IMG/VR virus record: IMGVR_UViG_3300046516_001816
Span: 1 to 64,000 of that record
Length of the DNA stretch: 64,000 nucleotides
Reading direction: 5' to 3' (one strand)
The translations under genes were made by a program, and so were the position numbers. Positions within the stretch are counted from its first letter, which is position 1, and every line of letters starts with the position of its first letter. Shown in pieces: positions 48,171 through 56,998 of the stretch. The notes beneath the pieces are model-generated. The model made no database searches. It was not told where the DNA came from and saw nothing but the letters and a program-made list of their open reading frames with translations.

Positions 48171-49078
48171 TTTTTTTTGCCGGCAAACTTTAGCGCGGTA
48201 GCCTTGTCGTGGGACTGGCTGAAGTACGCGGCCAGTTGCTTGGGCGTCGTGATCTTGTCGCCCGCTTCCTTCGTGATCTTCTTGCCCTTAAAGTGCAGTT
48301 CGATCTCGCCGATGAATTCCTTCATCTTCTCAGCCTTGAGCTTGGTGATCTTCTCACCGGCCGGGAAGAACTCGCTGTCCGCACCGAGGTTCACGTCGAA
48401 CTTGTCCTGCGCCATCTTGACGACGACCCCGAGCACGTCCGGATCACAGAAGTCAAGCCCTTGGCCTTCATCACCCGCGGCATGGCCTTCGGTGAGCTTG
48501 GCCTGGCCCTTACCGAACTTCAGTGCCTTGACCTTGTCCTTGACTTCCTTGCGCTTTTCGGCGAAGGCTTCGAGCGACGGGAAGATCTGCACGCCGGCGC
48601 GATCACACATTGCTTCGAGGGCTTTGGCGTACTCGTTGACCGATTCGGTCGCCGGGTCGCCATTCATCACCAGCACAAAGTCGGGGTTTTCCGGATCGAA
48701 CTCGGTGATCTCTTGCGAGACTTCCACCACGTCTTCGGGTTTCACGTCCGCTTCGTCGACACCGTACACGGTGGTAGCGCCATCCTGAACGTCTTCTTCG
48801 CCCAGGATCTGAACGTCTTCAGCCAGGTCAGCCAGGGAGAGCGCGTCATTGGCTTGCGACTCGGTCGCCACGCCTTCGACAGCGGCTTCTTCCTGTTGCT
48901 CGACCGGCTTGTTCTTGTTGTACATCTGAGCGAGCGCTTGCGAGAACTGCTCAGCGAGCGGCCCTTTCAGGACCATCAATTCTTTCTGGCCCTCTTCATG
49001 AGCTTCGGGTTGGCCACTACCAGTGTCCAGGGTACCGAGTTCACCTTCGAGCGCCATTTGCAAAAACGAAGTCATCAT
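48167..49078 (-). CDS. Acidic putative head protein with A/S-x-E sites and a C-terminal ACP-like segment
   Basis: Multiple ALE/ATE/SLE; LGADS and EIELHF...DKITTPKQLAAYF; the start is one of the ATGs at 49075-49087. Confidence 0.75.
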   Translation of the reverse strand: MMTSFLQMALEGELGTLDTGSGQPEAHEEGQKELMVLKGPLAEQFSQALAQMYNKNKPVEQQEEAAVEGVATESQANDALSLADLAEDVQILGEEDVQDGATTVYGVDEADVKPEDVVEVSQEITEFDPENPDFVLVMNGDPATESVNEYAKALEAMCDRAGVQIFPSLEAFAEKRKEVKDKVKALKFGKGQAKLTEGHAAGDEGQGLDFCDPDVLGVVVKMAQDKFDVNLGADSEFFPAGEKITKLKAEKMKEFIGEIELHFKGKKITKEAGDKITTPKQLAAYFSQSHDKATALKFAGKKK

Positions 49079-49170
49079 CATCCTCATTGGAGAGTGCAGT
49101 GCACAGAATAAGGGGTAAATCTTATTCGGCATTAGAGCGCCTGCCACGAAAAGGTAGGGTTAGGTATGTC

Positions 49171-49680
49171 CTGGCCCCCGCCGAGCCCGCCTGCGCCCGC
49201 TGCGCGCCCCCCAGCCTGGTCCTCGCCCGCCCCGCGCCCCGGCCGCCGCCCGCCGCGCCCATTACGTTCTCATTTGGAGGTTTTCTTTACCATCCGGTAG
49301 ATCTTCTACCAACATTAAACCAGTCAGTGCTTTGCCGTTGTTTGCTTCGCCGTTAAGGCTTTGCTACCTAGAGGATGGGCCATCGAGCCCATCCGTCTAT
49401 ACATCTACTTCGATTTTTCCAAAAAGAAAACACTTCATGCAAGGGGTTGGTCGTTCTCCCCTGAGCTGGTCCTGTTGGGACCAGCGATCTTTTCATAGAC
49501 ACCAATATGTCATTCTAGTATTTTCTTACTGCATACTGGACATAGTTATGCATTGAGGTACTATAGAACAATAAGAAAAACAAGAGGTACCCTCAATACT
49601 TATATATGGGAAGTTATGGTTTTGGAAGAGGGGCCCATATTCTAGTAAAAGGGGGAGACCCCCTTTTACTCATATATAAG
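49171..49680. other. Non-coding divergence region: C-rich tract followed by AT-rich nested palindromes
   Basis: 49171-49260 is almost all C/G. Palindromes at 49552-49597, 49599-49608/49671-49680 and 49644-49670. Confidence 0.7.
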
Positions 49681-49763
49681 ACTGTCTACAGTTGGGGAGA
49701 AACCTTTACAAACTAACTTCAGACATATATCACCTACCTGATCCCCAATCACGGAGGTGCGAG

Positions 49764-50084
49764 ATGAAACGCAAACGAGGCAGCAGTCGTCTGATCAAAC
49801 GCCCCAGGCAGTTTTCGATTCAGGACACGCCCACGCCTGAGCTCCAGGACGAGCTTGAGCAGTGCCGCATTGTGACGCGCGCGCTTAACGATGCGTTCGA
49901 ACAAATCTGGGAAGCGCAACCGCCCCACGGCGATTACGGTATTCGTCCCAATATCAAGGAGTACGAGCTCACTCGGCTCTTGGGCCGTGCTGAACGCGGC
50001 ATCCTGGATGTGCTTAACTACTCGATGGCTCAGACGCATGACATCGAGCACGAGTTGCGTCGTCGAAAACAATACAAGCGATAA
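49764..50084 (+). CDS. Hypothetical (early-type) protein
   Basis: GGAGG before ATG 49764; ATATATCA motif at 49724. Confidence 0.7.
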   Translation: MKRKRGSSRLIKRPRQFSIQDTPTPELQDELEQCRIVTRALNDAFEQIWEAQPPHGDYGIRPNIKEYELTRLLGRAERGILDVLNYSMAQTHDIEHELRRRKQYKR

Positions 50085-50151
50085 AAACGGGGCAGGGCTT
50101 TGGCCTTGCCTTTATGCCGCTTGGCAAACTTTACTGCGCACCCAGTAGCGT

Positions 50152-50667
50152 ATGAGACGCTCTAAGGAGAGCTTAGTGAGACAGATTAAGTTGTGGCAGG
50201 TCGACACGCCTCGGATGCTCGAGCCCGTGTTGAACAAGTTGTGCATGCGTTTCGAGTTTCCGGAAGACAGTCGCGATCCCATCTGCCTGGTGGCAGTGAC
50301 TGGATTTATCGATGCGCAGTTTAACCACAAGGTCATCACGATGCTGGGTGTGATGAATCCGGATCGCATTATCCAAGCCACTATCGGTGACAGCGTCTCG
50401 ATTGGCATGGATGAGATTGCGCAGCTGGCGATGCACTACGTGGTGTTGTTCGAGTCAATTGACCAAGCCAATACCTTTGTGCTGCTCAGCGGCGGGGACA
50501 CGCCCGGCCAGGTCCTGGACGAAGGCATTGCGGTCGGTGAAGAGTTTGGTCGCGCTTTCCTTGTGGAGCAGCTGATCAAGCATCTGAACCTCGGTGCGTT
50601 TCAAACCAACAGCAATCTCGAGATGCTCAACAAGACTCGAGACTTTCTTAACAAACTTAAAGGGTAA
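50152..50667 (+). CDS. Hypothetical protein
   Basis: Open frame; AAGGAG at 50164 suggests a slightly later start. Confidence 0.65.
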   Translation: MRRSKESLVRQIKLWQVDTPRMLEPVLNKLCMRFEFPEDSRDPICLVAVTGFIDAQFNHKVITMLGVMNPDRIIQATIGDSVSIGMDEIAQLAMHYVVLFESIDQANTFVLLSGGDTPGQVLDEGIAVGEEFGRAFLVEQLIKHLNLGAFQTNSNLEMLNKTRDFLNKLKG

Positions 50668-50668
50668 C

Positions 50669-51205
50669 ATGTTTCCGTACGCCAAAGCACCCACGCCCCC
50701 GAAACACATCACCGAACAGATCAAGCCGTACAAGGAATACTTCGACGGCAAGTTCGACGAGATCGAAGTCCACACGGCGCTGCCCTTTGATATCACCGAA
50801 GACGGCTTGCGCTTCGATCAGCACGAAGACAACTTCACCATCGTGCCGGGCAAGTATCTGACTGCGACGCTCGCCAATGGCAAGCGCGTGGTGGCGCTCG
50901 GTACGGCGCTGGGCGTGGTGGCGATGTACGAAGTCGACTACGACATTCCGGTACCCAAAGAACACTGGGTGAAAGAAGGCACCGAGAAGTTTACGGTAAC
51001 CAACTACACCCTGCATGCGCCTGAAATCTTCTGGACCACCGGGCTGCTGAAACTCACGTTGCATGGCAAGACGGATCTGTCCACTTTTATCGATCTCTTC
51101 GGTTATCCGAAGCGTGAAGGCCGCGACGACCACAATGTCCACAACATCGCGAACCGTCTTAACACGATTCACGCCGCGATTGTCTCACGCGGTTGCAGCA
51201 AGTAA
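50669..51205 (+). CDS. Hypothetical protein, paralogous to the C-terminal domain of the next gene
   Basis: Shares G.Y......G.R..ALGT and F.TGLL motifs with the next ORF. Confidence 0.75.
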   Translation: MFPYAKAPTPPKHITEQIKPYKEYFDGKFDEIEVHTALPFDITEDGLRFDQHEDNFTIVPGKYLTATLANGKRVVALGTALGVVAMYEVDYDIPVPKEHWVKEGTEKFTVTNYTLHAPEIFWTTGLLKLTLHGKTDLSTFIDLFGYPKREGRDDHNVHNIANRLNTIHAAIVSRGCSK

Positions 51206-51238
51206 CCCTCCCCAACTAAAACCAAGGTAAAACGCATC

Positions 51239-52351
51239 ATGACGAAAAAGACCACGACGGCTTCGAACGCCGCAGCCGCCAAGCGCGCTTTGAAGAAACC
51301 CCTGACGAAGCCGACCGACGCCCAGGTGAAGGAAGCCGAAACGAATGCGGTCGCCGGTGTGATGAAGACGCGTCGTTCGGCGAAGAAGCCCACTGCCGCG
51401 AATCTGGAAGCGGCCCGCAAGAACATCACCGAGCATGTCAGCAAAGACGCCGCGGTTGTGAACGGCGTGCCCTGCGCGCTTATCGACAATACCGATGCCA
51501 GGCGTCGCGTTGCGGCGAAAAAGGCTCCGGCACAAAAGGCTACGACGCCCGCCGACGGTGGCAAGCCCGAAGCCATTCACGCGGCTGCGAAGAAAGCTGC
51601 GAAGCTGGTGGACGCGCCTGCTGACGCGGCCGTGAAGACGACGCGCAAGCGTACCCCGAAACTGATCGAGAACGCACCGGTGAAGACGATCGCCCGTGCG
51701 GAACTGGACCACGCATGGAATCCGGTGACGCTGCCGATGAAGCTTGCAAAGGCTGATTTTCTGGGCAACGAGTTCCTGGCCACGATTCCGGATGCGGCGA
51801 CGCGTGTCAAGACGTATCACGTGGTGTACTTCCTCGAACACTGGTTTGCCGTGATCGAGCGCGAGATCAAGGTCCCGGAGCTCAACAACGCCGACTTCCA
51901 GAACTGGGTGGACAGCGAGCTGCGTCTGCAACTGGAAGATGGCGAGTACGCGCGTCTGGTGTTTAGCGATGGTCGTCGCGGCATTGCGTTGGGCACGCTG
52001 TTCCATCCGGCGGTGTTGTTCCAGCGTACGGACGATTTCCTGGCGCTGCTCAAGAAGTCGGACGCCAAGCGCTATGAGGAAGCGAAGAAGCAGCCGGAGC
52101 TTCAGCCGCGCATTTCGATGCAGATGGCGATCCCGATGTTCTTCACGGGACTGTTGGGTGAGGCGACGAGCCGGCTCACGCTGGACGGCCTGCATACTGT
52201 CTTCGGTTCGCCGATGACATATATCACGCCGAAGGGCTTTAACATGAACATCGCGTTCTCGATGCGCGACGCGCGGGATTTCCTCAACAAGCAGGTCTTG
52301 CTTGACCATTTGGAAGGTGAAAAGCTGTCCGACGGCAAGGCGGCGGCGTAA
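51239..52351 (+). CDS. Protein with a Lys/Ala/Thr/Pro-rich (histone-H1-like) N-terminus and a globular C-terminal domain
   Basis: Repeated AAKKA- and KKP-type segments in the first ~140 aa. Confidence 0.78.
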   Translation: MTKKTTTASNAAAAKRALKKPLTKPTDAQVKEAETNAVAGVMKTRRSAKKPTAANLEAARKNITEHVSKDAAVVNGVPCALIDNTDARRRVAAKKAPAQKATTPADGGKPEAIHAAAKKAAKLVDAPADAAVKTTRKRTPKLIENAPVKTIARAELDHAWNPVTLPMKLAKADFLGNEFLATIPDAATRVKTYHVVYFLEHWFAVIEREIKVPELNNADFQNWVDSELRLQLEDGEYARLVFSDGRRGIALGTLFHPAVLFQRTDDFLALLKKSDAKRYEEAKKQPELQPRISMQMAIPMFFTGLLGEATSRLTLDGLHTVFGSPMTYITPKGFNMNIAFSMRDARDFLNKQVLLDHLEGEKLSDGKAAA

Positions 52352-52415
52352 CTGCCAAATCCTGTGCTGTTAAAAAACACCAGACCAGATAAACCATTCA
52401 AGGATTTCGACTAGC

Positions 52416-53141
52416 ATGAGCCAGAAGAATCAGGGCAACTCGCACAACCTGCTCTACCAGGACTACCAATTCCCGCTCGAAGACCGCAAGTTCCTCGACG
52501 ACGTCGCGTACCACATCTACTCCGTGCCGGCCAAGCGCCTGACGGACGCGATCCGTGAAACGCTGCGCATCCTCACGAACTTCAAGGTCAAGATCCAGTA
52601 CGCGCTGCACGTGACGGATTCGTCGCCGCAGACCGACGCTTGGCGCGTGGTCAACGAACACATCGCGCTGATCGGCCAGCACGACCTGCCGTTCGTCACG
52701 ATCGAAATCGCCAACGGTCCGCTCATGGTGCAAGACAAGGCGATTTACCTGTCGCCTCTCGAACTCGCGAAGTCGTTCGACGCGATGCTGCTCGAGATGT
52801 CGGGTTCATTCACCGAATGGTGGCTGGAAGGCACCCAGACCTTCGAGCAAGACAAGTCCAAGCAACTGTTCAACAAGTACACGGTGGCCAATACGTTCCA
52901 GGTGGCTACCCTCGGCTACGAACTGCGCCGCATCCTGCTCGACACGTCCACGGCCTGGGAAGGTCGCTGCTACAAGGACGCGCACGGCAAGCTGCAACTG
53001 ATGCTCACGCAGAAGGGTCCGATGCAGTTCGACGACGAGCGCGTCGTCGTAAAGGTCTCGATCATTCCGCCGGCCGTGTTCAATGCGGCTGTAGTGGAAG
53101 TGACCGAGCGCGAAAAGCAGAAGGCTCAGCAACCTGCGTAA
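52416..53141 (+). CDS. Hypothetical protein
   Basis: AAGGA upstream; strong codon bias; followed by a UUCG hairpin + TTATGCCG. Confidence 0.78.
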   Translation: MSQKNQGNSHNLLYQDYQFPLEDRKFLDDVAYHIYSVPAKRLTDAIRETLRILTNFKVKIQYALHVTDSSPQTDAWRVVNEHIALIGQHDLPFVTIEIANGPLMVQDKAIYLSPLELAKSFDAMLLEMSGSFTEWWLEGTQTFEQDKSKQLFNKYTVANTFQVATLGYELRRILLDTSTAWEGRCYKDAHGKLQLMLTQKGPMQFDDERVVVKVSIIPPAVFNAAVVEVTEREKQKAQQPA

Positions 53142-53230
53142 GTGTAATACCTTCATCGTTACAAAGTGTCATTGCGCCCCGGGTTCGCCCGGGGCCTTAT
53201 GCCGTCAACTAAACCAAAACGGAGCAGTCC

Positions 53231-53701
53231 ATGTCTGATATCAAACATTCCCCCGAAGTGCAACCCACCATCGACACCAAAGACATCGAGAACTTCATTG
53301 ACCGTCGCCAGTGGGAAATGCTTCCGGAGAAAACGTACCTGCAACGCTTCACGGTTACGCACGCGCTGCGCCGCCAACTGCCCTACGGCAAGTGGACCTG
53401 TGCGGATGGTCGTGAAGTCGTGTTCAACCGTGAGTACCAACCGATCCTGCAACGCCTCAACGGCGTCTGCGCCTACGCCAATCCGGGCGAGTGGGTCGAG
53501 AACATCATCGACACCGAAATGTACTACGACGACCTCACCAACCCGATCGGTGCTACGAAGTACGCCGGCCATCTGCCTGAAGCCCGCGTGCGTCGTATGT
53601 GCAAGCGCTCGATGTTGATTTGTTTGAAGGTTCTCAAGGAGTTCACCCCGGAAGAAAGGGGATCGGTGAGCCGTGAGTGGAGCATCAAGCAAAGCTATTA
53701 A
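53231..53701 (+). CDS. Hypothetical protein
   Basis: GGAG upstream; motif LPYGKWTCADGREVVFNREYQPI. Confidence 0.75.
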   Translation: MSDIKHSPEVQPTIDTKDIENFIDRRQWEMLPEKTYLQRFTVTHALRRQLPYGKWTCADGREVVFNREYQPILQRLNGVCAYANPGEWVENIIDTEMYYDDLTNPIGATKYAGHLPEARVRRMCKRSMLICLKVLKEFTPEERGSVSREWSIKQSY

Positions 53702-53755
53702 GTTAGCTGGCATAAACCCCTCCCTCACGGGAGGGGCGTAGACTGCCTTCTTTTT

Positions 53756-54559
53756 TTAGCGATTGCCGCCGAGCATCAACCGCAACGTGCGCGTGTAGCG
53801 TTCCCGGTCGTTCATATACGCGACCTTGGTCCACTTGTCCCGCAGATGATCCTGGTAGTTCTGTTCGGCATCCGCGTAACCGTCGATGATGTCCTTGATC
53901 CGGCCAATCGTCTGACCCCCACGCAGTTCCCCGACATCCAGGTCAATCACGTAGTTGTTGTAGATATAGGACTTGACCGCGTACTCCACCAGCTTGGCAA
54001 AGACGTGGTAGCTGCGCAGCTGGATGTTGTTCAGGTTCTCATCGTTGGCGACGATACAGCGCAGGTATGCGTTGGCCGGCATCGTCATCACGTCTTCGAT
54101 CAGCACGATGTTCTCGCCAATCAAACTGATCCGGGCAGTGGAGGTTTGTGGAATCATCCCCATCGCATCCATCACGGCTTGTCCGGCTTGGAGCATCATG
54201 TTGTTCTGACCGTTCGCCGCGACCCCCGCAGCACTGATACGCGACGGATCGGCAAAGGACACGTTGAGCACCGACATGATGGACGCGCCATTGGTGCGAT
54301 CTTTCGGGATGCGGTAGACCGACTGGTACATCTCGTCGCCCCCGGTGCGCAGCCCATCCAGACAGATCCAGATCTCACGGCCTCCCACGAGGTTACAGTC
54401 GACCAACACGCGCGGCCGCATAACCAAGGCCATAATCTGCTCATCGACGCTCTTGGGCGTATCGCGCCAGCGCTCGGTGCGGTTCACAAAAACCGTATGC
54501 AGGATTTCCTTGGGAATCCGGAACTGCACTTCGGTGAGGGCTTTCGAAATTGGGTTCAC
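53756..54559 (-). CDS. Conserved phiKZ-like virion protein
   Basis: AGGAG with GTG start; motifs NPISKAL..V.FRIP.EIL and AVKSYIYN. Confidence 0.75.
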   Translation of the reverse strand: MNPISKALTEVQFRIPKEILHTVFVNRTERWRDTPKSVDEQIMALVMRPRVLVDCNLVGGREIWICLDGLRTGGDEMYQSVYRIPKDRTNGASIMSVLNVSFADPSRISAAGVAANGQNNMMLQAGQAVMDAMGMIPQTSTARISLIGENIVLIEDVMTMPANAYLRCIVANDENLNNIQLRSYHVFAKLVEYAVKSYIYNNYVIDLDVGELRGGQTIGRIKDIIDGYADAEQNYQDHLRDKWTKVAYMNDRERYTRTLRLMLGGNR

Positions 54560-54640
54560 ACTGGACTCCTAAAAAATTCGGTGATATATCATATTCTTGA
54601 GTCGCCTATCAAATGATTTCGATTTACAAGGAGCTAAACC

Positions 54641-54838
54641 ATGGGTCAAGTTATTCCGTTTACGGCACGCCGGGCTGCCCAGCGCGTAGCTGAACAAAAA
54701 CAGAAGCGTGATGCGGAGCTTGCTCCTGTCATGCAAGCACTGCGCGATAAGGACGCCGGCGCATTTGAAATTGCACTGAAAGAATGCCTCGGACTGGATA
54801 TGTTTGATATGGCCCAAAGTGCGCTGCGGAACAGTTAA
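54641..54838 (+). CDS. Small hypothetical protein
   Basis: AAGGAG upstream; ATATATCA motif at 54584. Confidence 0.7.
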   Translation: MGQVIPFTARRAAQRVAEQKQKRDAELAPVMQALRDKDAGAFEIALKECLGLDMFDMAQSALRNS

Positions 54839-54917
54839 CCGAAGAGATACTTTTTTACAGCCCCTCATGTTGTTATGTGAGGGAATACCACTCCAGTGAT
54901 TTACAAGGAAACGAACC

Positions 54918-55913
54918 ATGACGACTCATGAACGTGAGCGCGGTCGCGTGCGGTTGTATGCATGCGGTGGCGCTGGCATCAACATGGGCAGCAAGCTCGC
55001 GCACTTCAAGAACGAACCCAGCGAAGCTTACGCCCAGCTCGACACGGTTTACGTCGACACCTCTAAGTCCAACCTCCATGCGAAGATCGATGCGGAATCG
55101 ATCTATCTGATCGACGGCCTCGACGGCTCCGGTCAAGTGCGCAAGGAAAACTACGGCGCGATTTCCGAACGCGTGCGGGATATCCTGCAAACGTTCAAGC
55201 CCGTGGACCTGAACCTGATGCTGCATTCGCTCTCCGGCGGCAGCGGCTCCGTGATCGCCCCATCGATTGTCTCGGAACTGCTCTCGAAGGATCTGCCGAC
55301 CATCGTCATCTGCGTGGGTGACGACTCGACGAAGAAATTCGCCGAGAACACGCTCAATACGCTGAAGTCGTACGAGCAGATCGCGAAGCTGCGCAAGGCG
55401 CCGGTGTTGATGTACTATCTGCAAAACGGCCCCGACATGCCGCGTGCGAAGATCGACGAGCGGGTGCAGGCGCTGGTCGCCTCGCTATGCATGCTGTTCT
55501 CGCGTCGCAACCGTGAGCTCGACAGCAAAGACCTGTACAACTGGGTGAACTACCCGAATGTCACGTCGCATGCACCGGGCCTCACGGCACTCACGCTGGT
55601 TACGTCGCTCAACCCAGCTACGCTCGGCACGCTGGGCAACCTGATCTCGATCGCCACCCTCACCAAGGGTGATGTCGACCCGACGCTCTCGATTCGCCCC
55701 GAAGTGCAGTACGTGGGCTACGTCGACGATACGCTCGGCGGCGACTTCAAGGCGCCGTATCATTACGTTACCTCCGATGGTGTCTTCGGCGACGTCGCGG
55801 CGCACCTCAATGGCGTGCTGCGCGAACTCGACGACCAATCGGCAGCTCGCCTGAAAAAGGGCGGCATCAGCACCGGTGCGGACCAGGTCACTGATTCCGG
55901 CATGGTGTTGTAA
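54918..55913 (+). CDS. phuZ: Phage tubulin PhuZ
   Basis: Motifs ACGGAGIN, VDTS.SN, DGSG..R, tubulin signature SGGSGS, ELD..D, and C-terminal DSGMVL. Confidence 0.95.
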   Translation: MTTHERERGRVRLYACGGAGINMGSKLAHFKNEPSEAYAQLDTVYVDTSKSNLHAKIDAESIYLIDGLDGSGQVRKENYGAISERVRDILQTFKPVDLNLMLHSLSGGSGSVIAPSIVSELLSKDLPTIVICVGDDSTKKFAENTLNTLKSYEQIAKLRKAPVLMYYLQNGPDMPRAKIDERVQALVASLCMLFSRRNRELDSKDLYNWVNYPNVTSHAPGLTALTLVTSLNPATLGTLGNLISIATLTKGDVDPTLSIRPEVQYVGYVDDTLGGDFKAPYHYVTSDGVFGDVAAHLNGVLRELDDQSAARLKKGGISTGADQVTDSGMVL

Positions 55914-55917
55914 CTGG

Positions 55918-56505
55918 CTTAAGGACATCTTCAGGCTATGGGAGACCGTAGCCTGGAAAGTGTTCTTAGGTAACAAGGTTCTCTCGGAAAGGGCCGCAGC
56001 GTCGCGTCGTTGCGTACCCGTCTCTAGACCTGTCACGCGCCTAACCGTTGGGGATACCGCCGTAAAGAGGATACGGTATGGACCCCCAACTGACAGGCTT
56101 ACCGAGACATCCGAGAGCTACCTGTCAGTTCTTCCACCTACAACGAACAAATACAAGCCTGCTTCTTAGTGGGTTGATCATAGCGGTCTGACCAATGTCG
56201 AGACTTGAGTTCCGTTTACCGGGTTGATCGCCTGGACCGGTTCCGAATGAGGACAGAGGGTTACTGATACATGTCGGGGAGAAGACCAGTATAAGTCCGG
56301 AGTAGCTTCTGGGGATAGGTCTCGGTGTATCCGCATCGCGCGCGATCGTAAGGTCAGGAAGACCAAATCTATTTGCCAGCGTCCAGGATCGGGAAACCGA
56401 GGAGACGTTTGTGGCCCAACCATGCAATTGCGGCTGGTTTGGAATACCTACAAAACGGGGTAGGCATTCGAAAGCAGCTGCGGGTAGTAATGCGAGTGAG
56501 ACCAA
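55918..56505 (+). ncRNA. Candidate structured ncRNA or long UTR (region A)
   Basis: Many nested inverted repeats and no credible ORF. Confidence 0.55.
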
Positions 56506-56510
56506 TCATC

Positions 56511-56990
56511 ATGCATAAAAGACCTACCAAAATCATCGTCCTGCGACACGCAGAGAAACCGATCGATCCGATCGACCAGCGCTTAGCGCATCGCGGATAT
56601 AAACGGGCTGAGTACTTGGCGGAGTTCATTCCGAAGAACTTCGGGCGACCGAGCATGATCTTCGCGACCGAACCCACCAAGAGCAGCTTCCGACCGTTTC
56701 TGACGATGCAACCATTATGGGATGCAGTAAAAGAATCCTGGATGGATGTATCGATTGACGATGAGGCCGCTTTACACCTCGGGCACAAGTTGCGCGCAGG
56801 AGACCTCTCAGTTGGCGAAAACGTCGTCGTCTGCTGGCACCATGGCAAGATCCCGGAATTGATGAAGGGGCTCGGGTGCAGCGTGCACGACTACCCGGCG
56901 AAGTGGCCGGATAACGATTACAGCACCATCTACGTCGTGACCTATGAAAAGGGCGAGGCGGTGGTGTCCCAGTATAAACAGCTCTTCTAG
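56511..56990 (+). CDS. Histidine phosphatase superfamily protein (SixA/PGM-like)
   Basis: Motifs [30 protein letters not shown]. Confidence 0.85.
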   Translation: MHKRPTKIIVLRHAEKPIDPIDQRLAHRGYKRAEYLAEFIPKNFGRPSMIFATEPTKSSFRPFLTMQPLWDAVKESWMDVSIDDEAALHLGHKLRAGDLSVGENVVVCWHHGKIPELMKGLGCSVHDYPAKWPDNDYSTIYVVTYEKGEAVVSQYKQLF

Positions 56991-56998
56991 GATTCGCA

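Noticed and set aside
47499-48788. 429-aa + strand ORF crossing the A9/T9 run
   Set aside because: It is antisense to the supported minus-strand genes, and its composition changes at the run as expected for a shadow frame.
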